The position numbers and the translations under genes are program-made. From assembly GCA_028699085.1 (NCBI GenBank), contig JAQVVF010000002.1, positions 68,557 through 132,556 of the forward strand: a stretch of 64,000 nucleotides of DNA, written 5' to 3'. This DNA comes from Patescibacteria group bacterium. Lineage in GTDB: Bacteria; Patescibacteriota; JABMPQ01; JAQVVF01. Positions 32,762-43,314 of this stretch are shown here, piece after piece (the first letter of the stretch is position 1; each line of letters opens with the position of its first letter). The notes under the pieces are model-generated. The model was given only the letters and a program-made list of their open reading frames with translations, was not told the DNA's origin and did not search any database.

Positions 32762-34227
32762 TATTTTTTTCTTAATGCCCTCCAGATAATATAAATAATA
32801 ACATAATATATAATAACTAACCCAAACCAAATTTTTTTTACTTCAATTGCTGCCCAATTAAATTGCGAAAAAAATTCCACAATCTTAATCATATATGACA
32901 CAAACAACCAGGCAATCAATCCTAATAATTTTCCTAAAGGAAAAAATATTATTCCAGCTAATCCTCCCAAAAAACCAACTAGCATTGTAATCGGAATTAT
33001 CGGCAAGATCAACAAATTTGCTAAAGGTGAAATTAAAGATAATCTTTCAAAATTATTAAATATTATTGGTAAAACCAAAAATTGTGCAGCAAATGTTGTT
33101 GCTAATACCTCTCTCAACTTAAAGACATTCGGCATTTTTTTCAAATATCTCAAAATAATTGGCGTAAAATAAACAATTCCGATCGTTGCCAAAAATGATA
33201 ATTGGAATCCGACATCAAAAGACAAAAACAATGGATTAACTGTAACTATTGCAATTGCCGAAAACAATAACACATTGCGAATATTCGACATCCTGCCAAA
33301 ATTCAATGCCACAACAACTAATCCGCCCATAATTGATGCTCTAATCGCCGACGCTTGGATTCCAGTCAATAATACAAAAAATATTAAACCCAAAACAGCT
33401 AACCAAAACGCCTTTTTGCGATCAAAAACCATTATCCCAAGATATAACAGTATAGAAGAAATCACTGTCACGTGATAACCTGAAACAACAATTACATGAG
33501 ACACGCCAACTAAATTGAATTTATCCAATAATTCCTTCGGCAAACCGCTTTTATTTCCTAACAATAAACCATCAATCAACGATGCCTGAGGTTCTGGCAA
33601 AATTTTATTTATGCTGTCTCTAAAATAATATTTAATTTTCAAAACAAAATTAAATATAAAATTTCCTTTATTCTTATCAGCTAGAATAATCTCTGGATTA
33701 TATACTACAGAATAAATACCTGACTTTGCTAAATAATCACGATAATTAAATTCATTAAACTCTCCAGGATCTTTTAATTTAGCTTTTACTTCCAATAGAT
33801 CGCCATAATTAAAAACTGGATATCTTGGCACTGTAATCAAAATTCTGCCTTTTAAATTTTTATCAAGCTCTTTTGATCTTAAATTGCCAAGCACTAATTT
33901 TGTGTTTTCTATTCGTAAATCAGGTTCAACAATTACCGTTCCAACCAACACAATTTCCCTTTTTTCATTATAATATTGAATCCAATCACTATTTATTTTT
34001 GGCAAAGCTAATTCATATCGAAGCATACCAAGAAAGAAAACGATGATCCCAAATCCAATTACTAAACACACCTTAAATTTATGCCAAATAAAAATCAAAA
34101 TAAAAGCGCAATTTAAAAGCGCTAATTTTATTATTAAATCAATCAAAAAAAATTGAGATAAAAAAATCCCTCCTAAAAATGACACTCCAAGCCAAAAAAA
34201 TATTTTTGCTTTAGACAATTTGAACAC
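32761..34227 (-). CDS. comEC: ComEC/Rec2 DNA-uptake channel, membrane (competence) module
   Basis: 488 aa, polytopic. An OB-like N-terminal region (DUF4131-type) is followed by a competence-domain pattern. Confidence 0.8.
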   Translation of the reverse strand: MFKLSKAKIFFWLGVSFLGGIFLSQFFLIDLIIKLALLNCAFILIFIWHKFKVCLVIGFGIIVFFLGMLRYELALPKINSDWIQYYNEKREIVLVGTVIVEPDLRIENTKLVLGNLRSKELDKNLKGRILITVPRYPVFNYGDLLEVKAKLKDPGEFNEFNYRDYLAKSGIYSVVYNPEIILADKNKGNFIFNFVLKIKYYFRDSINKILPEPQASLIDGLLLGNKSGLPKELLDKFNLVGVSHVIVVSGYHVTVISSILLYLGIMVFDRKKAFWLAVLGLIFFVLLTGIQASAIRASIMGGLVVVALNFGRMSNIRNVLLFSAIAIVTVNPLFLSFDVGFQLSFLATIGIVYFTPIILRYLKKMPNVFKLREVLATTFAAQFLVLPIIFNNFERLSLISPLANLLILPIIPITMLVGFLGGLAGIIFFPLGKLLGLIAWLFVSYMIKIVEFFSQFNWAAIEVKKIWFGLVIIYYVIIYIIWRALRKK

Positions 34228-34349
34228 TATATCTGTTCATGACTAAATAAAAAATAAATCAATGATCTAAATATTTGTTCAAAATTTATTATAACAAAAA
34301 GTCCGTGACATTTCACGGACTTATATTTTATACCTTTAATCTATTTTGT

Positions 34350-35498
34350 TTATTTATTCAATTTTCTTCTAATAAAAGCTGGCACATCTAATTCATCATC
34401 ATCTGCCTCAATTGGTCTGCGAGGCTCTTGAATTTTAGGTTTATTATTATCTACTGATTGATAGCTAAATCCCTTAAAAACATCATTTTGGATTGAAGAA
34501 GAAGACGTTGATAATGGCATAGAATCATCTAAGCTCTTTTTCTTTTTCTTAGATGAGAATCCAGTTGCAATTACTGTAATCTTAATTTCATTATTTAAAC
34601 TTTCATCTCTAACAGCGCCAAAGATAATTTTTGCTTTTGGATCAACAGACTCAGTAATAACCTTTGCAGCCTCATCAATTTCTAACATTCCCAAATCATC
34701 ACCGCCAGAAACATTGAATAATACACCAGTCGCACCATCAACAGATTGTTCAAGCAATGGACTATCAATCGCTTTCTTTGCAGCTTCTGCGGCTCTATTC
34801 TCGCCAGATGCAACACCAATACCCATCAATGCTGAACCAGTACCTTCCATAATTGCTCGGACATCTGCAAAGTCAACATTAACAACTCCAGGAATTGTAA
34901 TCAAATCAGATATACCTTGAACACCTTGTCTCAATACTTCATCAATAACCTTGAAAGCATCGGTTAAAGCAGTTTTTTTATCAATTATCTGTAACAACTT
35001 ATCATTAGGAATTGTAATTAATGTATCAACTTTGCTTTCTAATTCTTCATGTCCTTTTTCAGCAATTTCATTTCTTTGAGCGCCTTCAAAAGCAAACGGT
35101 TTTGTTACTACTCCGACAGTCAAAGCACCAGCTTCTTTTGCAATACTAGCAACAACTGGAGCTGCACCTGTACCAGTTCCACCACCAAGACCGCAAGTAA
35201 TAAAAACCATATCACTGCCTTTTACAGCTTCTTGAATTTCTTCTTGATCTTCCTCAGCTGCCTGTCTTCCAATTTCTGGATTCATGCCTGCTCCTAATCC
35301 TCGAGTTAAAGTCTTTCCAATATTAATTCGCGTTTTAATATTTGATACCTGTAATGCTTGTGCGTCAGTATTAACAATAATAAAATCTACACCCTTCATT
35401 GACGAAGAATGCATTCTACTCACCGCTGAACATCCACCTCCACCAACACCGATTACTTTAATTCTTGCAAATGTTTCAATTTCCGGTTTTATCTCCAT
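34350..35498 (-). CDS. ftsZ: Cell division protein FtsZ
   Basis: [21 protein letters not shown] and NVDFADV motifs. Confidence 0.98.
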   Translation of the reverse strand: MEIKPEIETFARIKVIGVGGGGCSAVSRMHSSSMKGVDFIIVNTDAQALQVSNIKTRINIGKTLTRGLGAGMNPEIGRQAAEEDQEEIQEAVKGSDMVFITCGLGGGTGTGAAPVVASIAKEAGALTVGVVTKPFAFEGAQRNEIAEKGHEELESKVDTLITIPNDKLLQIIDKKTALTDAFKVIDEVLRQGVQGISDLITIPGVVNVDFADVRAIMEGTGSALMGIGVASGENRAAEAAKKAIDSPLLEQSVDGATGVLFNVSGGDDLGMLEIDEAAKVITESVDPKAKIIFGAVRDESLNNEIKITVIATGFSSKKKKKSLDDSMPLSTSSSSIQNDVFKGFSYQSVDNNKPKIQEPRRPIEADDDELDVPAFIRRKLNK

Positions 35499-35650
35499 AA
35501 ATTTATTTTAAATGCTAAAAAAATATCTTAAACAAAAATGAGCTTATCTAATAGCTCATTATAGGTTAAAAAATTTTATTCATCAAGAATCAATGTGGAT
35601 AAGTTGAACAAGACTATTGTTCAAACCGACCAAATTTTGTTTACAGCAAT

Positions 35651-36886
35651 CTAGGGAAGAAATGTTTTAAACCAACCTTTTATCTTATCGACTGTATTAC
35701 CCATCGAAGAAATTCCAGGGATATCTTTTCTTTCTTCAACATGAGAGAGACCCCACATAATTAAACCTTCTGGAGTTGCATATGATGGATCATCCATCTT
35801 GTCAACGACTCCTGGGATACTTTCTGGAAAGCCTATTTGAGCAGGAAGTCTCAATTCTTTTTTAGCCAAATCAACAATGTTTGGCAACTTCGCACCACCG
35901 CCACATAATACTATTCCTGCCGGCAATTTTCCTGATCGATCAATCTTTCTTAATTCTTTATCTACCATTGAAAACATTTCTGAAAGTCTTGCTTCAATTA
36001 TTTCAACAATTTTTTTTCTAGCAACTAATTGTGGCTCACCGCCAACAATTTTTGATAAATCAACCTCATCTCTTTTATCAACATCAGATGTAGCCGCAAC
36101 TCCATATTCTAATTTAATTCTTTCAGCATCTTCGATTGAGGTTCTTAATCCAATCGCTAAATCATTTGTAATATGTTCTGAACCAATTGGCAAAACAGAA
36201 ACAGTCATTAAGTCACCTTCCTCATAGACAACTAATCCTGTTGTTCCTCCGCCAATATCTACCAAAACAACACCAAGTTCTTTTTGTTTTTTTGACAAAA
36301 CAGAATAACTTGCTGCCAAAGGAGATACAATCAGATCGTCAATTTCGATTCCTGCTCTAGCAATACATTTAGTTAAATTTTTAATATATGATGTAGCACC
36401 TTCAACTATTACAGCCTCAACTTCTAATCTAACGCCATTCATCCCGATTGGATCCTTAATGCCTTCCTGATTGTCAACAATAAAATATCTTGGCACAACA
36501 TGTAAAATTTCATGATTAGGTGGCAATGAAATAGCTGATGCCGCATCAATTGCTCTAGAAACATCATCATTAGTAATTTCATTATCAGCACGACCAACAG
36601 CAATAACACCTTTGCTATTTTCAGAAATAACATGACTGCCGCCAACAGAAACAAAGGCATGCTCAATTGGCACACCACTTGTTCTTTCTGCTTTTTCAAT
36701 AGACGAGGATATACTACTTGTTGCTTCTTCAACATCAACAACAACACCACGTCTTATCCCATTAGAAAAAGATTCCCCCAAACCAATAATTTGCGGTTTT
36801 TCTGTTTCAAAATCAACTCTTGAAACAATTGTTCTAATTTTGTGAGACCCTATATCTAGTCCAACAATAATTTCTTCTTTAGGCAT
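35651..36886 (-). CDS. ftsA: Cell division protein FtsA
   Basis: Actin-like ATPase motifs VGLDIGSHKIR, VDIGGGTT and LCGGGAKLP; adjacent to ftsZ. Confidence 0.95.
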   Translation of the reverse strand: MPKEEIIVGLDIGSHKIRTIVSRVDFETEKPQIIGLGESFSNGIRRGVVVDVEEATSSISSSIEKAERTSGVPIEHAFVSVGGSHVISENSKGVIAVGRADNEITNDDVSRAIDAASAISLPPNHEILHVVPRYFIVDNQEGIKDPIGMNGVRLEVEAVIVEGATSYIKNLTKCIARAGIEIDDLIVSPLAASYSVLSKKQKELGVVLVDIGGGTTGLVVYEEGDLMTVSVLPIGSEHITNDLAIGLRTSIEDAERIKLEYGVAATSDVDKRDEVDLSKIVGGEPQLVARKKIVEIIEARLSEMFSMVDKELRKIDRSGKLPAGIVLCGGGAKLPNIVDLAKKELRLPAQIGFPESIPGVVDKMDDPSYATPEGLIMWGLSHVEERKDIPGISSMGNTVDKIKGWFKTFLP

Positions 36887-37002
36887 TTAATTTTGATTTT
36901 GTTTTGTAAATATAATACTTTTCAATAATAGATTTATTGTAACAAAAAAATCAATAAATTGTAAGATTAGTTTGTTGATAATTAGATCTAAAAAATTTCT
37001 AA

Positions 37003-37380
37003 TTAAATATTAAATAAATTTAAAATTCTTGGCAAGAATATAATCACTCCAATTGCAACAGCCGCTACTGCTGCAACAAGTACAGTTGCTGCCATCATAT
37101 CTTTAATTACCATTGCATAAGAATGAATTCGAGGCTTCAAAATATCAACGATTCTTTCAAAAATTGAATTAACAAGTTCAGCAAAAATAACCAATGTCAT
37201 TGCAATTATCAATACTAAGGATTCTAATCTTGATACTTTAAAAAATACCATCAAAATTATCACTATCACGGCAAAAAATAAATGGATTCTAAAATTCTGT
37301 TCTTCTTTAAATGTATAAATCAAACCCTTAAAAGAATAACCAAAACTTTTTATCAATCTTTTTAAATCAATTATTTTCAT
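37003..37380 (-). CDS. dgkA: Diacylglycerol/undecaprenol kinase family protein
   Basis: 125 aa, 3 transmembrane segments, EQNFRIH and ELVNS.IE motifs. Confidence 0.85.
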   Translation of the reverse strand: MKIIDLKRLIKSFGYSFKGLIYTFKEEQNFRIHLFFAVIVIILMVFFKVSRLESLVLIIAMTLVIFAELVNSIFERIVDILKPRIHSYAMVIKDMMAATVLVAAVAAVAIGVIIFLPRILNLFNI

Positions 37381-37781
37381 TTTATTTTTTTTAATATCTG
37401 ATTTTGCATAAAAACCATTTTTTTATAACCATTTTCATCTTCATCCGAATAGTCAAAAAGATGTAAAATCCCATGTATAAGAATTTCTGCTAACTCTTCT
37501 TTTTGATTTCTTTTAGCCTTTTTTGCTTGTTTGCTAACTTGATCCAGACAAATAAAAATCTGACCTAAAAATTTCTCTTCTTTAATGTTAAAAGTCAGAA
37601 CATCAGTAATTTTATCAATTTTACGATATTTTCTATTTAAATATCTTATCTCTTTATTTTTAACCAAAACCAGATCAAAGTCATAATTACTTTTTTCATT
37701 CAGATAGCTAAAAGTATTTTTAGCTATCTTTTCAAAAAAGTCTTTACTAATTATTCTCTTTGTGCGATTAATTAAATTCAT
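37377..37781 (-). CDS. ybeY: rRNA maturation endoribonuclease YbeY (variant metal motif)
   Basis: HGILHLFDYSD corresponds to the consensus HG.LHL.GYDH, with the third His position occupied by Asp. Confidence 0.8.
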   Translation of the reverse strand: MNLINRTKRIISKDFFEKIAKNTFSYLNEKSNYDFDLVLVKNKEIRYLNRKYRKIDKITDVLTFNIKEEKFLGQIFICLDQVSKQAKKAKRNQKEELAEILIHGILHLFDYSDEDENGYKKMVFMQNQILKKIK

Positions 37782-38023
37782 TATTGTTTGAATGCTTGAC
37801 TATCTAATTTTCCAATCCTACGTAAATAATCTCTTTCTTTTCTAAATTCACTGCGCTTAATAGCGCTTCTTCTTGTTAAATTCTTACTTTTCTTTCTTTC
37901 AAATCGTTTTTTGCTTCTTGCCAAAACTAAAACTCCACTTCTCTGAAGTTGTTTTTTAAACCTTCTTAGCATGCTTTCAATTTTCTCATCGCCTCTTTTG
38001 GTTACATCAACCATTAGATTCAC
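37781..38023 (-). CDS. rpsU: 30S ribosomal protein bS21
   Basis: ESMLRRFKKQLQRSGVL...RFERKKSK matches bS21. Confidence 0.9.
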   Translation of the reverse strand: MNLMVDVTKRGDEKIESMLRRFKKQLQRSGVLVLARSKKRFERKKSKNLTRRSAIKRSEFRKERDYLRRIGKLDSQAFKQ

Positions 38024-38053
38024 CCACCTTTCTAATAAATAATATTTAATAAA

Positions 38054-39388
38054 CTAATTCTTTTGATTTAACTTCTTTTTGATTTCAATAGCTAGATTAT
38101 CTTGACTTAATACTTCCTGAATACCACTTTGCATATCTCTAATTAAAACACTTTTATCTAGAACTTCTTTTTGACCCAAAATTAATGCATATCTAACACC
38201 TTGGTTGCTTGCATATCTTAATTGCGATTTAATACTATCTTTATGCATATTTTCAATAACAAAAATACCATTATCCATTAATGTATTGATAATTCCTAAA
38301 GCTTTTTTTCTAGCCATATCTCCCAACTGTACTAACATTATATCAGCTTTCTTTCTAGGCAAATCTTTCCTTTCTCTGTTCTCTTTTAAATAATTAATTA
38401 TTCTTTCTACACCTAATGCCATGCCTATCGCTGGAGTTTCTCTTCCACCCATAATTTCAACTAAATCATCATATCTGCCTCCACCACCGAAACTTCCTTG
38501 TGAAGCAGATGCCTTTTCAGAAGTTGGCCAAAATTCAAAAGCAGTTTTTGTATAGTAATCTAAACCACGAACTAATTTAGAATTCAAATTATAAGGAATT
38601 TTAGCTTCATCCAAATATTCAAGTACTTCTTTAAAATGATTGTGGCATTCATCACACAAATAATCAATAATTTGAGGTGCTTCATTTACTACTTCCTGGC
38701 ATCTTGAATTTTTGCAATCCAAAATCCTTAAAGGATTCTTTTTTAATCTTTTTTTACAATCAATGCACAATCTTTGTTTTTTACTAGACAAAAAATCAAC
38801 AAGCATTTCACGATATTGTTCACGACAGACTCTACAACCAACACTATTAATCTGAACCTCAAAATTGTTCAATCCAATTTTCTTCAAAACTTTCCATGCA
38901 ATAAAAATAACTTGCGCATCAATAACTGGTTTTGAACTACCCAAAGCTTCAATATTAAATTGATGAAATTCTCTTTGTCTTCCTGCTTGAGGCTTTTCTC
39001 TGCGAAACATCGGACCAACGTAATATAATTTTACTGGTTGAGGATAGGTATGCATTCCATTTTCTATATAAGCTCTAACAACACCGGGAGTACCCTCTGG
39101 TCTTAATGTTAAATCATCTCCCCCTTTGTCTAGAAAAGAAAACATTTCCTTCTGAACAATATCTGTGTTCTCTCCAGTCGATCTTTGGAACAACTCAGTC
39201 CTTTCTAAAATAGGGGTTTCTACTTTACTAAAACCAAAAGTTGCAGTAGTTTTTTCTACAGCATCTAAAAATAAATCCCAATATGGCATTTCTGAAGGCA
39301 ATATATCATGCATCCCTCTAACTTTTTCAACTAATTTTTTCTTTACTCTTAATTTAGGTTTCTTTAATGTTTTCTTAGGTCTGCCCAT
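38054..39388 (-). CDS. hisS: Histidine--tRNA ligase
   Basis: GMHDILP, LRPEGT, FRRE.PQ.GR.REF and NPLRILDCK motifs, plus the anticodon-binding domain. Confidence 0.96.
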   Translation of the reverse strand: MGRPKKTLKKPKLRVKKKLVEKVRGMHDILPSEMPYWDLFLDAVEKTTATFGFSKVETPILERTELFQRSTGENTDIVQKEMFSFLDKGGDDLTLRPEGTPGVVRAYIENGMHTYPQPVKLYYVGPMFRREKPQAGRQREFHQFNIEALGSSKPVIDAQVIFIAWKVLKKIGLNNFEVQINSVGCRVCREQYREMLVDFLSSKKQRLCIDCKKRLKKNPLRILDCKNSRCQEVVNEAPQIIDYLCDECHNHFKEVLEYLDEAKIPYNLNSKLVRGLDYYTKTAFEFWPTSEKASASQGSFGGGGRYDDLVEIMGGRETPAIGMALGVERIINYLKENRERKDLPRKKADIMLVQLGDMARKKALGIINTLMDNGIFVIENMHKDSIKSQLRYASNQGVRYALILGQKEVLDKSVLIRDMQSGIQEVLSQDNLAIEIKKKLNQKN

Positions 39389-39397
39389 AGTTAATAA

Positions 39398-39982
39398 TTA
39401 ATTTTTAACACTAAAATAAAGCGGCGTTTTAAAAATACCAACTTTTGCCAATGGCCAGCCTCGCAGCCAAACACGTCCTATCAAATTTTTTTCTGGCAAA
39501 GGACCCCATATTCTCGAATCACTACTGGCTTTTCTATTATCACCCAAGACAAAATATTCATCATCATTGACTTTATAATCGATTTTACCTGGAGTTTTCA
39601 AATCTGCTGGCAAATAACTCTCGTCAACCAAAACTCCTTCCGGATGATCTTGGTTATATATTTTAACACTTCCATCAAAAATTTCAAGTCTTTCACCTGG
39701 CAAAGCAATAATTCTCTTTATAAAATATTGAGATGGATCTTTTGGATATTTTAAAATAACAACGTCTCCTCGCTTAGGTTTTTCGAAACGATAGCTTATT
39801 TCATCAACGATAAGATATTGACCATCAGAAAAATTCGGCTCCATGCTATCACCTCTTACAAAAAAAGGTTGAAACAAAAAATATCTTATTGGAACAATAA
39901 TTGCTAGAGAAATCAAAATAATCTTTACCAATTCAACAACAAATTCTTTTGTTGAGGTCTTTTGCACTGTTTTTGTTTCCAT
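39398..39982 (-). CDS. lepB: Signal peptidase I
   Basis: GDSMEPN (catalytic Ser), KRIIALPGE and GDNRKASSDSR boxes. Confidence 0.93.
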   Translation of the reverse strand: METKTVQKTSTKEFVVELVKIILISLAIIVPIRYFLFQPFFVRGDSMEPNFSDGQYLIVDEISYRFEKPKRGDVVILKYPKDPSQYFIKRIIALPGERLEIFDGSVKIYNQDHPEGVLVDESYLPADLKTPGKIDYKVNDDEYFVLGDNRKASSDSRIWGPLPEKNLIGRVWLRGWPLAKVGIFKTPLYFSVKN

Positions 39983-40117
39983 TTTAAAACCTCCATCGCT
40001 TTTTTAAAAAAGCAAATTAGTATTTTTTTAATTAATATAATTATACCACAACTAAAGATTTGTTAGCAAGACCAATTGACATCAATAAACAACAACTTAT
40101 ATAATACATTATATATT

Positions 40118-41497
40118 ATGTTAAATCATAACAGCGAAAAAAATAAAAACTGGAAAGATAAAATTGTCCCAACATTCTTGATTATTTTTTTATTGATTGC
40201 TTCACTTATTTCATATAAGTTTTTTTCAATTGGCAAAACAATTTTCAAAATAACAGCTGCAAATACGTCGTTATTAGGACAGCTTCAAAAATTTGCAATA
40301 CCTAACAAAAAACTAAAAGGCGAAAAAGAAAAAAGAACAAACATATTACTTCTTGGAGTTGGCGGAGAAGGTCATGATGGCGCAATGCTTACTGACACAA
40401 TTATTATTTTCAGTATTAAATATGAAGATGATAAACCTAGAGTTGCTCTGATTTCTATCCCTCGAGATCTCTATGTTGATCTAAAAAATTTTGGCAACAC
40501 AAAAATTAATAGCATTTATGCTTTAGACAAAGATAGCAGTCCTGATTCAAATCGCATTATTAAATCAATCGAAGATATCACTGGTCTGCCAATCCATTAT
40601 TATGTTCAAGCTGACTTTGAAGGTTTTAAAAAAGCCGTTGATGCTATTGGCGGAATTAATGTTAATGTAGAACACAGTTTTATCGATGAAGAATACCCAA
40701 CTGATGACTTCGGATATGAAACAATTTCTTTTGAAAAGGGGTTAAATCACATGAATGGAGAAACAGCACTAAAATATTCTCGATCTCGACATGGCATTGT
40801 TACTGATGGCTCAGAAGCATACGAAGCAAACGACAGTGCTAGAGCAAAAAGGCAACAACAAATTCTTTACGCTTCAAAAGAAAAAGCAATGTCTCTCTGG
40901 ACTATTAGTAATCCTAAAAAAATTAATGATCTTTTAGGAATTCTTGGAGAACATATAAGAACGAATTTAGAGCTATGGGAAATGTTAAAACTTGGAGAGC
41001 TTGCCAAAAATATTGATTCAAGCGATCTAAAAAATCACGTTCTAGATGATTCTCCAAATGGCTTGCTCTATGCTTCAACTAGTCCGGACGGTGCATTTAT
41101 TTTTCTGCCAAAAACAAATAACTTCACAGAGATCCATCATTACTGCAAAAATGTTTTTGAGCCAAAACAAGAAGATATTGAAACAGCAAATATTAAAGTC
41201 CTGAATGGAACAGAAATTCCAAATCAAGCGCAAGAAGCAGCCGCAATGATCGCCTATGATAATATCAAAATATTAGCTCTTGACAATGCATCGAAAATAG
41301 ATTATAACAAAACGATAGTCTATGATTATTCAAATGGCAAAAAACCAAATACTATCGAATTTTTAAAAAACAGATTTGATGCTAAAGTCATTAAATCAAC
41401 AACCATTCCGAAAGAATATATTGATAATAATAATCAAATAGACATTATTATGATTATCGGTAAAAATTTTTCGCAATTACCTCGCTATGAATACTAA
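40118..41497 (+). CDS. LytR-CpsA-Psr (LCP) family cell-envelope transferase
   Basis: NILLLGVGGEGHDGAMLTDTIII and SIPRDLYV motifs. The start is taken at the first ATG (the ORF track begins at an upstream TTG). Confidence 0.88.
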   Translation: MLNHNSEKNKNWKDKIVPTFLIIFLLIASLISYKFFSIGKTIFKITAANTSLLGQLQKFAIPNKKLKGEKEKRTNILLLGVGGEGHDGAMLTDTIIIFSIKYEDDKPRVALISIPRDLYVDLKNFGNTKINSIYALDKDSSPDSNRIIKSIEDITGLPIHYYVQADFEGFKKAVDAIGGINVNVEHSFIDEEYPTDDFGYETISFEKGLNHMNGETALKYSRSRHGIVTDGSEAYEANDSARAKRQQQILYASKEKAMSLWTISNPKKINDLLGILGEHIRTNLELWEMLKLGELAKNIDSSDLKNHVLDDSPNGLLYASTSPDGAFIFLPKTNNFTEIHHYCKNVFEPKQEDIETANIKVLNGTEIPNQAQEAAAMIAYDNIKILALDNASKIDYNKTIVYDYSNGKKPNTIEFLKNRFDAKVIKSTTIPKEYIDNNNQIDIIMIIGKNFSQLPRYEY

Positions 41498-42821
41498 TGT
41501 CGTTATAATTGGCAGACCAAACTGTGGCAAATCAACACTTTTTAACAAACTTGTTGGACGTAGTAAAGCTGTTACATCACCCATTGCTGGTACAACAAGA
41601 GACGTTGTCAAAGGTTCTACTAGTTGGAAAGGAAAAGTATTTACGCTTTTTGACACTGGAGGATTCGAATACAAAGTCAAAGAACAAGATGTTATAAGTA
41701 AAAGTGTTCAAGACCAAATCCAATTCGCTTTAAAAAAAGCGGATATTATTTTATTTATAACAAATATTAAAACAGGCATTACTGCCCCAGATATTAGTTT
41801 TTCTCAAGAACTTAAAAAAGTAAAAAAACCAATAATTCTTGTTGCAAATAAAGCTGACAATGAAGATTTAAGACAAAGAGGATCAGAGATGTTAAGCCTT
41901 GGACTCGGACAACCACAAGTAATTTCAGCCTTAACTAGCGTTGGCGTTGGAGATTTGCTTGATAAAATATCTGCCTTAATAGAAAAAACAGAAGAATCAG
42001 AAAATGAAGACAATGAAATTAAACCAATTAGAGTGGGTTTTTTTGGCAAACCTAATGTCGGAAAATCTTCAATAATTAATGCTTTAACTGGTGAAGAAAA
42101 AGTTATTGTTTCTGATATTCCAGGAACAACAAGAGATGCAATCGAAAATACTATTAATTATAAGAATAAAAAATTAATTGTAATTGACTCTGCTGGAATA
42201 AAAAGAAAAAGAGAAGCCAGATTTGATATTGAAAAATTTTCTATCAGAAAAAGCTTGCAAACAATTTTAGATTGTGATGTTATCTTGTTTGTTGTAGATT
42301 GCGAGGACTTTTTATCAAGACAAGATAAAAGAATTTCCGAAAGAATTCTAGAAAGTAAGGCTAGTGTCATCATTGTCGCCAACAAATTTGATTTAATGGA
42401 ACAAAAACAAAATAATATTGATAAAATAGTAAACTCACTACGTTTCCATTTTAATTTCCTTTATTTTGCTCCAATTATTTTTACTTCCGCAAAGACAAAT
42501 CAAAATATTAAAGAAATTTTAGATTTAATACTTTTAGCTGATGAAAAAAGAAAAAAAGTTGTTAATCAAGAAGAATTAACAAAATTTTTATTAGACATCT
42601 TAAAAAATTATCCTCCTCATCGCAATAAAAAATCAAAGAAAAGACCAAAGCTAATTAGGCTAATTCAATTCAGAACTGATCCGCCAAAATTTAATCTTTA
42701 TTTAGAAGGACCAGAAACAATCGCTCCTCAATATTTAAGATTTTTAGAGCGAAAAATTCACGAAAAATATGGATTTGAATGCGCTCCACTTCATATTTCA
42801 GTAGCACGTGAAGACAAATAA
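41487..42821 (+). CDS. der: Ribosome-associated GTPase Der/EngA
   Basis: Two G domains (GRPNCGKST and GKPNVGKSS) plus a KH-like C-terminus. It overlaps the LCP gene by 11 nt. Confidence 0.95.
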   Translation: MNTNVVIIGRPNCGKSTLFNKLVGRSKAVTSPIAGTTRDVVKGSTSWKGKVFTLFDTGGFEYKVKEQDVISKSVQDQIQFALKKADIILFITNIKTGITAPDISFSQELKKVKKPIILVANKADNEDLRQRGSEMLSLGLGQPQVISALTSVGVGDLLDKISALIEKTEESENEDNEIKPIRVGFFGKPNVGKSSIINALTGEEKVIVSDIPGTTRDAIENTINYKNKKLIVIDSAGIKRKREARFDIEKFSIRKSLQTILDCDVILFVVDCEDFLSRQDKRISERILESKASVIIVANKFDLMEQKQNNIDKIVNSLRFHFNFLYFAPIIFTSAKTNQNIKEILDLILLADEKRKKVVNQEELTKFLLDILKNYPPHRNKKSKKRPKLIRLIQFRTDPPKFNLYLEGPETIAPQYLRFLERKIHEKYGFECAPLHISVAREDK

Positions 42822-42896
42822 TTTAGCATTATATTTTTAAAATCCGATTCAAATAATTTCCTAAAATAAAAAAAACAAAAAATAACAACTTCAATT

Positions 42897-43094
42897 ATGA
42901 TAAACATTTGCCGGGCAATAGGAAAAAGAATTGATCAAAAATTTCTAGATGATTTTTCAAAAGAAGGTATCCTTTATGATTCAAAAAAAATCTGGCTTAC
43001 TATTACAGGCAATAGTGTGCGAACTCCTCGTTTTATCTGCGGAATTTCAAAACAATTAACACGCGGACAATTAATTAAAACCAAAAAAAATTAA
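42897..43094 (+). CDS. Hypothetical 65-aa ORF
   Basis: ORF only, no motif. It may be half of a disrupted gene together with 43100..43282. Confidence 0.25.
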   Translation: MINICRAIGKRIDQKFLDDFSKEGILYDSKKIWLTITGNSVRTPRFICGISKQLTRGQLIKTKKN

Positions 43095-43099
43095 TTATC

Positions 43100-43282
43100 T
43101 TGGCTGGAAGTTTTAAAATTGTTGATATTCCTTTAGAGCATCCTCTATATCAAGAAATAATAATTGATCGCACAAAGCCAAAAAGATTTGTTATTACGCT
43201 TGATCTATCTAAATTTCCTGCTGGCTATTCAGGAAATATAAAATTATCTTTTCATTTAGATCCTAAAAGCGTTCTGATCTAA
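43100..43282 (+). CDS. Hypothetical 60-aa ORF (TTG start)
   Basis: ORF only. It lies in a different frame from the preceding ORF. Confidence 0.25.
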   Translation: MAGSFKIVDIPLEHPLYQEIIIDRTKPKRFVITLDLSKFPAGYSGNIKLSFHLDPKSVLI

Positions 43283-43314
43283 ATCTTATTAAAAAAATAA
43301 ATAATATTTAATTT

